Shown piece after piece: positions 45,955 to 55,100 of a DNA stretch of 64,000 nucleotides. The position numbers were made by a program, and so were the translations under genes. How positions within the stretch are numbered: the stretch's first letter is position 1; every line of letters begins with the position of its first letter. Source of the DNA: a candidate division FCPU426 bacterium (lineage in GTDB: Bacteria; Oederibacteriota; Muellerivitia; Muellerivitales; Muellerivitaceae); contig CAVYSE010000006.1 in the NCBI GenBank assembly GCA_963771075.1, positions 1-64,000 of the forward strand, given 5' to 3'. Below the pieces are notes generated by a model. It had not been told where the DNA came from and ran no database searches. It was given only the letters and a program-made list of their open reading frames with translations.

Positions 45955-47208
45955 GTGAACCTTCCTTTTGAAATCTTCCTGGGGTTGCGTTACCTGCGCT
46001 CAAAACGCAAGCGCAAGGCCATATCCATCCTGACTTGGCTATCTGTCGGGGGTGTGGCCATCGGGGTGATGGCTCTTAATGTTGTTCTATCGGTCATGAA
46101 TGGGTTCGATGACGACCTGAAGTCGAAAATTGTAGGACTTAATGCCCATATCGTGGTGGCAGGGTTTAAAAACCGACCGCTAGGCAATTACCAGCAAATC
46201 ACGGAAGCCATCCGCACCATGCCCCATGTTAAATCGGTGGGCCCTTACGTTGAGGGCCAGGCGCTTGCCCGATCCAAGGAAAGGTCTTTGGGAGTCATGG
46301 TTTGGGGCGTGGACCCTAACGCACCCCAGGCCATCGCTGATTTAAACAAGTTTTTGTGGAGCGCCAAGGCCACGGATTTGCTTTTGCCGGCTAACCCGGG
46401 TGCGGGACGAAGCGAGCGCATTTTCCTAGGGGCGGAACTGGCTCAACGTCTCCAGGTAACGGTGGGGGATGACCTGATCCTCTTTCTGCCTATTCTTCAG
46501 CAGACTCCTTTGGGAATGATGCCTCGCAGTTCGAAGTTCCAGGTGGTTGGTATCCTTTCCACGGGTATGTATGACTATGATTCGGCTTATACCTATGTTT
46601 CGCTGGAAAATGGGCAAAAAATGTATCAACTTGACCCCAATGTGACCGGGGTCGCGGTGAAGGTGGACGACGTGGATAAGGCCCCGGCCGTTGCCAAGGC
46701 TATCCGGGAAAAATTCAATGGAGTTTATTTCGTACAGGATTGGTTGCAGATGAACCACAATCTCTTCGTGGCCCTTCAGACCGAGAAGTGGGTAATGGGC
46801 ATTATTCTTTTCCTCATCGTGTTGGTGGCGGCCCTGAACATCGTAAACCCCCTCACCATGATGGTGATCGAAAAAACACGGGAAATCGGTATTCTCAAGG
46901 CCATGGGTAGCACGGATAAAAGCATTACGCTCCTCTTTATATTCGAGGGTATGTTCATCGGCGTTATCGGCATACTGGTAGGCCTTTTGGGGGGGTACGT
47001 TTTGTGTGAAATCATCGCCCGGGTCCCTATCCCTATGCCGGGCGGAGGAATGGTTTATTACATTGACCGCTTACCGGTGAAAGTGGAACCGGGTCTTTGT
47101 TATGGGGTCATCCCACTCGTGTCGGTCGTGCTTTGTTTTTTGGCGACCCTTTACCCGGCCCTCCAGGCGGCGAAGTTAGAGCCTGTTGAAGCAATTCGTT
47201 ACAGTTGA
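45955..47208 (+). CDS. lolE: Lipoprotein-releasing ABC transporter permease, LolC/E family
   Basis: GLRYLR, VLSVMNGF, EKTREIGILKAMG, YPA..AAKLEPVEAIRY. Confidence 0.92.
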   Translation: MNLPFEIFLGLRYLRSKRKRKAISILTWLSVGGVAIGVMALNVVLSVMNGFDDDLKSKIVGLNAHIVVAGFKNRPLGNYQQITEAIRTMPHVKSVGPYVEGQALARSKERSLGVMVWGVDPNAPQAIADLNKFLWSAKATDLLLPANPGAGRSERIFLGAELAQRLQVTVGDDLILFLPILQQTPLGMMPRSSKFQVVGILSTGMYDYDSAYTYVSLENGQKMYQLDPNVTGVAVKVDDVDKAPAVAKAIREKFNGVYFVQDWLQMNHNLFVALQTEKWVMGIILFLIVLVAALNIVNPLTMMVIEKTREIGILKAMGSTDKSITLLFIFEGMFIGVIGILVGLLGGYVLCEIIARVPIPMPGGGMVYYIDRLPVKVEPGLCYGVIPLVSVVLCFLATLYPALQAAKLEPVEAIRYS

Positions 47209-47226
47209 ATAAGATCAAGGTTTGAA

Positions 47227-47907
47227 ATGGAAATATTAGAAGTCGACAAGGTCACCAAAACATTTCGTCTGGACGGGCAGGAAATCAACGCCCTGAAAAA
47301 CGTCTCCTTTACCTTGGACGCGGGAGACATCACCGTCGTCCTAGGCCCATCGGGGTCGGGCAAGAGCACCCTGCTTACTTTACTAGGGGGATTGAGCAGC
47401 CCTTCCGAAGGTAAGGTCTATTGCCGACACCAATCCCTGTATGATTTGAAAGGGCATGCTTTGGCCGGGTTGAGAAACAAGTTTTTTGGTTTTATTTTCC
47501 AGTTCCACCATTTGATGCCCGAATTAACAGCCCTTGAAAATATCATTCTGCCGGGCAGGGTTGCCCGAAAACCCTACGAATTATGCTTGGATCGGGCGAA
47601 GAAACTTTTATCACAAGTTGGACTTTCGAATAGAGCGAATCACAAACCCGGTGAGCTTTCCGGGGGGGAACAGCAAAGGGTGGCGGTTTGCCGAGCCATG
47701 ATGAATGAACCGGAAGTGATCCTAGCGGACGAGCCCACCGGCAACCTGGATTACAAAACCGCCGATGGAATTCACGATGCCCTTTGGAACCTTTGCCAGA
47801 CCGAGGGCCGGACCCTCATCGTGGTGACTCATTTTGAGCCTTTGGCCAAACGTGCCGACCATGTGCTGACCCTTCAAAACGGCCAGGTCACACAAAAACG
47901 CAATTAG
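47227..47907 (+). CDS. lolD: Lipoprotein-releasing ABC transporter ATPase
   Basis: [34 protein letters not shown]. Confidence 0.93.
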   Translation: MEILEVDKVTKTFRLDGQEINALKNVSFTLDAGDITVVLGPSGSGKSTLLTLLGGLSSPSEGKVYCRHQSLYDLKGHALAGLRNKFFGFIFQFHHLMPELTALENIILPGRVARKPYELCLDRAKKLLSQVGLSNRANHKPGELSGGEQQRVAVCRAMMNEPEVILADEPTGNLDYKTADGIHDALWNLCQTEGRTLIVVTHFEPLAKRADHVLTLQNGQVTQKRN

Positions 47908-47997
47908 GACCCTGGCCACTGAGCACATTCTTACTGTTTTTTGTCTTATTTCTGTTAATTTATCCCCTTTCAACCAAACGGGAGCGTTTTAAAAGAA

Positions 47998-48561
47998 ATG
48001 ATTTGTCAAAAATGCGGGCAAAGACAAGCGACCGTTTTCTTTTCCCAAACAGTGGGAAATGAAACCACCCAGGCGCATTTGTGCGAGGTTTGCGCCCAGG
48101 AACAGGGTCAGTCATTCGGGGTCTGGAACGCCCTGAATTTCCATCCCTTGGCTGCCCTCACGGGTCTGATCCATCAAATACTACCGTGGAATACAACCGC
48201 TGACGGTTCTGGGGGAGAGGGTGCTTCCGCCTTCCCCGCTTCTGAGACCCAACTTCAGTGTCCACATTGTGGCTACCAACTATCCACCTTTAGACAAAAT
48301 GGCCGCCTGGGGTGTACCAAGTGTTATGAAACCTTCGCGCCTTTTATGGATAACCTCATCACCAGCATCCACGGTCATGCCCGACACGTGGATGAGAAGG
48401 CTCCGACGAGTCTTGCGGATGAACCTGCCCAGGATACCGGAGCCGCTTCGTCCGATGCGATTTCCGCGATGAGGGTGAAGATGCAGGAAGCCATTAAAAA
48501 AGAGAAGTTCGAAGAAGCGGCGAGGATTCGCGACGAGATCAAAAAGTTGGAGACAACCTAA
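47998..48561 (+). CDS. mcsA: McsA (CXXC zinc motifs + UVR domain)
   Basis: Four CXXC motifs, GRLGC..CY, C-terminal EKFEEAARIRDEI. Confidence 0.93.
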   Translation: MICQKCGQRQATVFFSQTVGNETTQAHLCEVCAQEQGQSFGVWNALNFHPLAALTGLIHQILPWNTTADGSGGEGASAFPASETQLQCPHCGYQLSTFRQNGRLGCTKCYETFAPFMDNLITSIHGHARHVDEKAPTSLADEPAQDTGAASSDAISAMRVKMQEAIKKEKFEEAARIRDEIKKLETT

Positions 48562-48562
48562 A

Positions 48563-49624
48563 ATGGCCTTTGAGGAATTGCTGAAAAGTTCAGATGAATG
48601 GTTTTCCCAATCCGGCCCCCTGAACGGATCGATCGTGTCCGCCCGTGTCCGTTTCGCGCGAAATTTTGAGGGCCGGAAGTTCCCGCACCATGCGAGCGCG
48701 GCGGAACAGCGCGAAATCGTGGAGACCGTCCAGCGGGCGTTCCTCACCGAACCCGATCTTTCCCATCTTCAATTCGTCCGATTGAACGAGGTTTCGTCCC
48801 TCGACCGGCAATTCCTGACTGAACGCCAACTCATTTCCGCCGAGCACGCGGCCAGCTTGGGGGAAAGGGCGGTCGCCTTTGACGAAAAGTTGGGATATAG
48901 CTTCCTCATAAATGAAGAAGATCAAATCCGCTTGCAGGCTTTTCGGAGCGGGCTGAGCCTAAAAGAGGCGACCCAGACCCTCACCCAGGTGGAACGCCGG
49001 TTGTCGGAAAGATTACCCTTTGCCCTTCATCCCGAATACGGCTATTTGACCGCCTGTCCCACCAACCTGGGTTTGGCCTTTCGGGCAAGCGTCATGGTTC
49101 ACCTGCCCTTTCTGGTCTATTCCAACCGGATCGCCCAGGTGCTTCAAGGGGTCGCCCAGGTGGGTTTAAATGTGCGTGGCTTGCAGGGGGAAACCACCCA
49201 AATTGCCAGCGCTTTCTTCCAGATCTCCAACCAGACTTCTTTGGGCAAAACCACGTCCGAAATCGTGGAACACGTGGAGAGGGTAGCGCGTCAAATGGTA
49301 GAGGCCGAAAGCATGGCCCAAAAGGCTCTTTTCCAAAAGGAGAAAGATAAGGTGGTGGACCGTATCTGTCGGGGCCTGGGCACCCTGAAGTACGCCCGGT
49401 GGGTGGATCTGCAGGAAGGCCTGGATGGGCTTTCGGGCCTGCGAGTGGGTGTGAACCAAAAATTATTACGTGGCATCGACTTGCCAATTTTGAACCGGCT
49501 TCTGATCATGATTCAACCGGCGCATTTGGCCAAACAGTCGAAAGGGGAAATGAACCCCCAAACCGAGTGGGCCGACCGAGCCCGGCTGCTGAATCAGGTG
49601 TTGAAAAGCGTGGAACCGGTATAG
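48563..49624 (+). CDS. mcsB: Protein arginine kinase McsB
   Basis: RVRFARN, INEEDQ, GYLTACPTNLG..RASV..HLP, FQISNQ. Confidence 0.92.
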   Translation: MAFEELLKSSDEWFSQSGPLNGSIVSARVRFARNFEGRKFPHHASAAEQREIVETVQRAFLTEPDLSHLQFVRLNEVSSLDRQFLTERQLISAEHAASLGERAVAFDEKLGYSFLINEEDQIRLQAFRSGLSLKEATQTLTQVERRLSERLPFALHPEYGYLTACPTNLGLAFRASVMVHLPFLVYSNRIAQVLQGVAQVGLNVRGLQGETTQIASAFFQISNQTSLGKTTSEIVEHVERVARQMVEAESMAQKALFQKEKDKVVDRICRGLGTLKYARWVDLQEGLDGLSGLRVGVNQKLLRGIDLPILNRLLIMIQPAHLAKQSKGEMNPQTEWADRARLLNQVLKSVEPV

Positions 49625-49704
49625 GCACCTCAGGCTTAATTCATTGATTTATCCACCCGGTTCAGTTGAAATAAGGAAACGAGAGCTTTTTTAAGGAGCA
49701 TTCA

Positions 49705-52158
49705 ATGTTCGAGCGATTCACGGAGCGGGCAAAAAAGGTCATCAATCCCTTAGCCAAGGAAGAAGCCAGAAGGCTAAACCATAACTTCATCGGTACCGAG
49801 CACTTGCTTTTGGGTTTGATCCGCGAAGGCGGCGGAGTGGCGGTGGCCGTTCTGGAATCCTTGGGCGTGGATCTGGAGTCGGTGCGCATCGAGGTGGAAA
49901 ACCTGACCACCCCCTCCTCCGATACGCTGACCATCGGCGATCCTCAATTTACTCCCTCGGCCAAAAAGGTATTGGAATTGGCCGCGGAAGAATCCCAAAA
50001 ACTCGGGCATAACTACATAGGAACGGAACATTTGCTCTTGGGGATCATTCAGGAAGGTGAGGGCGTCGCGGCCCGGGCCCTAGAAAACTTGGGGGTTTCC
50101 TACGAAAAATCCCGGGATATGGTTATCAACTTGTTGGGTGGCACCTTTCCGAAGTTTTCCAAACAAGTCAAGAAATCCAAAACCCCCGCCCTAGACGCCT
50201 TCGGCCGGGATTTGACCCAAATGGCCAGGGAATCCAAATTGGATCCAGTTATTGGGCGCGAGGATGAGATCGAGCGTGTCATCCAAATCCTTTCCCGACG
50301 CACCAAAAACAATCCCGTCCTAATCGGCGAACCGGGAGTCGGGAAGACGGCTATCGCCGAAGGGTTGGCCCAGAGGATTAAGGAAGGGAACGTACCGGAA
50401 TTACTCCTGGACAAGCGAATCGTCACCCTGGACTTGGCCGCGCTTGTGGCTGGCACCAAATATCGTGGTGAATTTGAGGAAAGACTGAAGGCGGTTATTA
50501 ACGAAATCCGCCAGTCGGGGAAAGTCATTCTTTTCGTGGATGAGCTTCACACCTTGGTGGGAGCTGGCGCCGCCGAAGGAGCAATCGACGCATCCAACAT
50601 GCTTAAACCCGCCCTGGCACGGGGTGAACTGCAGTGCATCGGGGCCACCACCCTGAACGAGTATCGCAAATACATCGAGAAAGACGGGGCCTTGGAACGC
50701 CGTTTCCAGATGATCATGGTGGATGAACCGTCGGTGGACGAGACCGTCCAGATTATCAAGGGTTTGCGTGACCGTTATGAAGCCCACCACCGTGTACGCA
50801 TTACCGATGACGCCGTAGAAGCGGCCGCCCAGTTGTCCCACCGCTACATTTCTGGGCGTTTCCTTCCGGACAAAGCCATCGACTTGATCGACGAGGCGGG
50901 AAGTCGCACAAGGCTCCGAATCACGACCATGCCGCCCGAGATACGGACCCTGGAAAAAGACCTGGAAAAGATCAAACAGGAAAAAGAAGAGGCCATCAAA
51001 ACACAGGAGTTTGAAAGGGCCGCCGACCTGCGCGATAAGATGAAGAAAATGAGATCCAAACTCGGGGAAGAAAAAGAGAAATGGGAGAACTTGAAGAGCA
51101 AGGAAGAGGCCTTGGTCACCTGGGAAGATATCGCTTACGTCGCTTCTAAATGGACCGGCATCCCCATGATCAAACTGGGCGAAAAGGAAAGCGAAAAGCT
51201 CCTTCGCATGGAAGAGGAACTCCATAAACGCATCGTGGGGCAGGAGGAAGCCATTGATTCGCTCGCTAAGGCCATCCGGCGTAGCCGGGCGGGCATTGGC
51301 AATCCCAAGAAACCTATTGGAAGCTTCATGTTCATGGGGCCCACGGGCGTTGGAAAGACGGAACTTGCCAGGGCATTGGCGCAATTCCTGTTCGACGACG
51401 AGGATGCCCTGATCCGTTTCGACATGAGCGAGTACATGGAAAAGTTCAATGTGTCCCGGCTGGCGGGGGCTCCCCCGGGTTACGTGGGCCATGACGAGGG
51501 CGGCCAGTTGACCGAGAAGGTCCGCCGCAAGCCCTATAGCGTGGTTCTCTTTGACGAGATCGAAAAGGCACACCCGGAAATTTTCAACGTGATGCTCCAG
51601 ATCCTGGAGGATGGGCGCCTGACCGATTCCCTTGGCAGGGTGGTGGACTTCCGCAACACAGTGGTCATCATGACCAGCAACCTAGGCGCGAGGGAAATTG
51701 GGATCGAGAAGACCCTGGGGTTCAATCCCGAGTCCTCAAACGGTGCTTCTTTCGACAGCATGAAGGGAAAGATCCAAAACGAATTGAAGAAGGCTTTCAA
51801 TCCTGAATTCCTGAACCGTGTGGACGACATCATCACCTTTCATCCTCTCGACCGGAAACATATAGAGAAGATCGTGGACATCCTGCTAGCCGACGTGCAG
51901 AGCCGTCTTAAGGAAAAGAAAATATCCCTTTCGCTCGACGCTTCGGCCAGGGATTTCCTCATCGAGAAGGGCTACGATAAGGTTTATGGCGCCCGGCAGA
52001 TGAAACGCACCATCCAAAAGTATGTCGAGGACGCATTGGCTGAGGAAATGTTACGGGGCAACGTGAAGGATGGCAAAGCTCTCGTTCTGGGTTCCGCAGG
52101 TGAGAAGCTGGCTTTCCAAGCTACTGAAACCGAACCGGCATCACCCACGGCCGTATAG
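49705..52158 (+). CDS. clpC: ATP-dependent Clp protease ATPase ClpC
   Basis: MFERFTERA, two Clp-N repeats, two AAA modules ([16 protein letters not shown]), UVR middle domain, LGF loop. Confidence 0.97.
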   Translation: MFERFTERAKKVINPLAKEEARRLNHNFIGTEHLLLGLIREGGGVAVAVLESLGVDLESVRIEVENLTTPSSDTLTIGDPQFTPSAKKVLELAAEESQKLGHNYIGTEHLLLGIIQEGEGVAARALENLGVSYEKSRDMVINLLGGTFPKFSKQVKKSKTPALDAFGRDLTQMARESKLDPVIGREDEIERVIQILSRRTKNNPVLIGEPGVGKTAIAEGLAQRIKEGNVPELLLDKRIVTLDLAALVAGTKYRGEFEERLKAVINEIRQSGKVILFVDELHTLVGAGAAEGAIDASNMLKPALARGELQCIGATTLNEYRKYIEKDGALERRFQMIMVDEPSVDETVQIIKGLRDRYEAHHRVRITDDAVEAAAQLSHRYISGRFLPDKAIDLIDEAGSRTRLRITTMPPEIRTLEKDLEKIKQEKEEAIKTQEFERAADLRDKMKKMRSKLGEEKEKWENLKSKEEALVTWEDIAYVASKWTGIPMIKLGEKESEKLLRMEEELHKRIVGQEEAIDSLAKAIRRSRAGIGNPKKPIGSFMFMGPTGVGKTELARALAQFLFDDEDALIRFDMSEYMEKFNVSRLAGAPPGYVGHDEGGQLTEKVRRKPYSVVLFDEIEKAHPEIFNVMLQILEDGRLTDSLGRVVDFRNTVVIMTSNLGAREIGIEKTLGFNPESSNGASFDSMKGKIQNELKKAFNPEFLNRVDDIITFHPLDRKHIEKIVDILLADVQSRLKEKKISLSLDASARDFLIEKGYDKVYGARQMKRTIQKYVEDALAEEMLRGNVKDGKALVLGSAGEKLAFQATETEPASPTAV

Positions 52159-52172
52159 GGAAAGGGGGGCCT

Positions 52173-55100
52173 ATGCCCGACCTACCCAAGCCCAGGAGGC
52201 CCCGTTGGCTCTTGGGGTCAATGGGTCTATTGGCCCTTTTGGGGCTTTGTTTCCTTCTTTTTAACCACTTAGTTGAGCTGGAGCTCAAACCCTTGATCAT
52301 CAAGGGTTTGAGCCAGGCCGTTCAAGGTCCGGTATCCCTTTCCTCTGTCACCGGTAACCTGGCCGGAGATGTGGTGATAAAGGACCTGACGCTAGATTTG
52401 CCCGGGTCACCCTGGCGGGTATATTTGAAAACCAACCAGGTCGAGGTCAAACTAGACCTGTTGAATCTCCTTCTTAAACACAAGGCGCTGGAAAACAGTG
52501 TTGTATCCCTCACCCTCTCCCAACCCCAGGTGGACCTGATCCGCGTTGATACCTCCTCTAGCCCCGCGACCCAGTCCGGTCCTTCTGCCACCCCAACCAA
52601 CGCGCCTTCTTCGATCCGGATACCAGTCTTTCTTGTCCCCGCACCCCGTTTATTCGTAAAGGGCGGGTCCCTTCAAATAAAAGCGGGGAAGGAACCCCAA
52701 ACCTTGATCACGGGGACGGATTTCGAGGCCTTCTCAAACGATGGCACGGATTGGTCCCTGATATTGTCCGCGCGGCCCGCAGACGCTTCCCAAGGGGGTT
52801 CCCTGCGCTTTAACGGCAGCCTACATCTCGATAGCTTGAAGGTATCTGGGAAAATCACCCTGGCGGACTGGCCTCTTGTTCAGGCGGGTTTGTTGCTAGA
52901 GGATCTGGCGGGATGGCAGATGACAGGGGGAAAACTGAACGCGGATTGCCCGATCGTCTACCAGCCAGGCCGGGGTTGTTGGTTTGATGCTCGCGTTGAC
53001 ATGGTAGACGCTTCCTTGATATCGCCCAAGCCGTTGGCTTTTTCCTTCGATAATATAAAAGGAAGGGTAACGGTTCGCCCCGCCGAAATCGAAATTCCGG
53101 GAGACCTTACCTTTAACACGAATGGGACTCTATGGAAAGCCCATGGCCTGATGCCCCTGGATGGAAGGACAATCCAAATACAAGCCTCCACCGAGGATCT
53201 CGCTCTATCCAGTCTATCTGTTGGGTTGCTCAAACTGAAAGGCGCTCCCTGGGAGGGTAAAGGTAAGGCTTCCCTCAATGTAGAGGGGACATTTCAAAAA
53301 CCCATACTCACGGCGAATGCGCAGTTGGGGTCCTCCCACCTGGGAGACATTATCTTGGATGGTTTTCAGGCCCAGGCTACTTATGAGGACGGACAGCTGG
53401 TTTTGAACCAACTGCAAGGAAATCTTTACGACGGAACCTTCACCGCCCAGGGACAAATCGGGCTTCAAGATCCCCTGAATGAACCCATTTCCATTACGGC
53501 TGATTTGAAAAATTTAGATATTGGAAAGCTTTTATTTTCCTTCGGCTGGAATGATATCGTTGGAAAGACGCAGGCCCAAATTCAGATATCCCACTCCCTC
53601 CAAGATCCCGTTATTTCCATGGTAAACCGGGCCGATTTTGACGCATCCCCGACCCATGATGCCTATTCCATGCAGAATGTTTTCAATTGGGCAGAAGGCG
53701 TGATCACTTTGAACTCAAAGATCAACGGACAGGACCAAATGAAGGCGGAGGTGAGACAGACTGCGGATGGATGGAAATTGCAACAAGCGGAACTTTCGGT
53801 ATCGAAAGCGGGTGGCCGGTTGACTGGGTCAGGATACCTTCCAACGGATCCGGATCAACCGATGAACCTTACCTTCGGGACCCCCCATGGAGAGGAGATC
53901 GCGTTGGAGGAAATTCCATTTTTTCATGAGAGGTTCCAGGACATCATGGGACCCGTGGAATTGAACATGCATTTTTTTGGCACCAAGCATAACCCCGAGT
54001 CCTCGATCCTTCTAAATGGGCCAAGCGTTTTAATCATCAAGCGAACGATGAACCCTAATATCAAAAAAACCAACCTGATCAAACTAGAGAATTACCCCCT
54101 GTCCGTCGATTTGGAATCGTCCAAGGGCGTCATGACCATAAAAAACCTGGATTACGGACCCATCTTCTCAGCTCGGGGCCAATGGGGATTACGGGAAGAT
54201 ACCATGGATTTAAACTTTAACGCCCAGGGTTTTCCCATCCCCACGCTGGCGGAAGTTTCGGGTTGGTTGAACCCACCTCAGCCATTGGAAGGCCTTATGA
54301 CAGGCCGGCTTCACTTGTCGGGCCAAAGGAAAAACCCCGTGCTTGATGGTGATGTGTTGGTAAGCCAATTCAAGTTGGAGGATTGGTGGTCCGATCAAGT
54401 GGAAGCTTCAATTAACCGGGACCAGGGCAAACTGATCATCCGCAAACTTAAGTTCACCCAAGGCGTCAATAGCCTGATCGCCAGCGGCAGTTGGGACACC
54501 AGCACTCAGCCCGGGACCATGAACCTGAGATTTTTCAGTAAGAATTTCCAATTGCGTAAGGGGCCTTTCCTGACCGGGAACTTCCTTTGGGATGCCCAAA
54601 CCGGTACACCTTGGTTCAAGAATTGGACAGGCCGCTTTTATTCCGACGGCTTCCGCATTGGGGACGGAAAGGTTCGGGGCTATGCCTTTTCTCGTTTTTT
54701 AATCGACGCTTCCTCTCAGGACCTTTCATTGGAAGGCAAGTTCCAGCTGGGAGATTCGGTGGAAGGCCGAGGGTCTTTTAATCTGGGTGAAAAGATCCCG
54801 ACACTCAAGGGGTCCCTCACCATCAACCCAGTCTTGATTTCCAAGATTCCTGATTTGGAGCAATTCATCCCGCCGGACTTGAAGGTGGAAGGGATCCTCT
54901 CGGGGAAAATCCGCTTCGGGATTGGAACCTGGGATAAGCTTCCCCTGACCGGAAACCTCCAGATCGCGGACGGGAATATTGCTAAAAAATACGCCTTCGA
55001 GAACCTGAGTTTGTCCTTCGCGGGAGACCGTGCCCATCTGGAACCTACCATTCGTCTGGAACAGAAAAAAACCTCCTATGAGTTGACCGGCACCTTGGAT

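Noticed and set aside
50401..51573. 390-aa minus-strand ORF
   Set aside because: Antisense to the highly conserved clpC.
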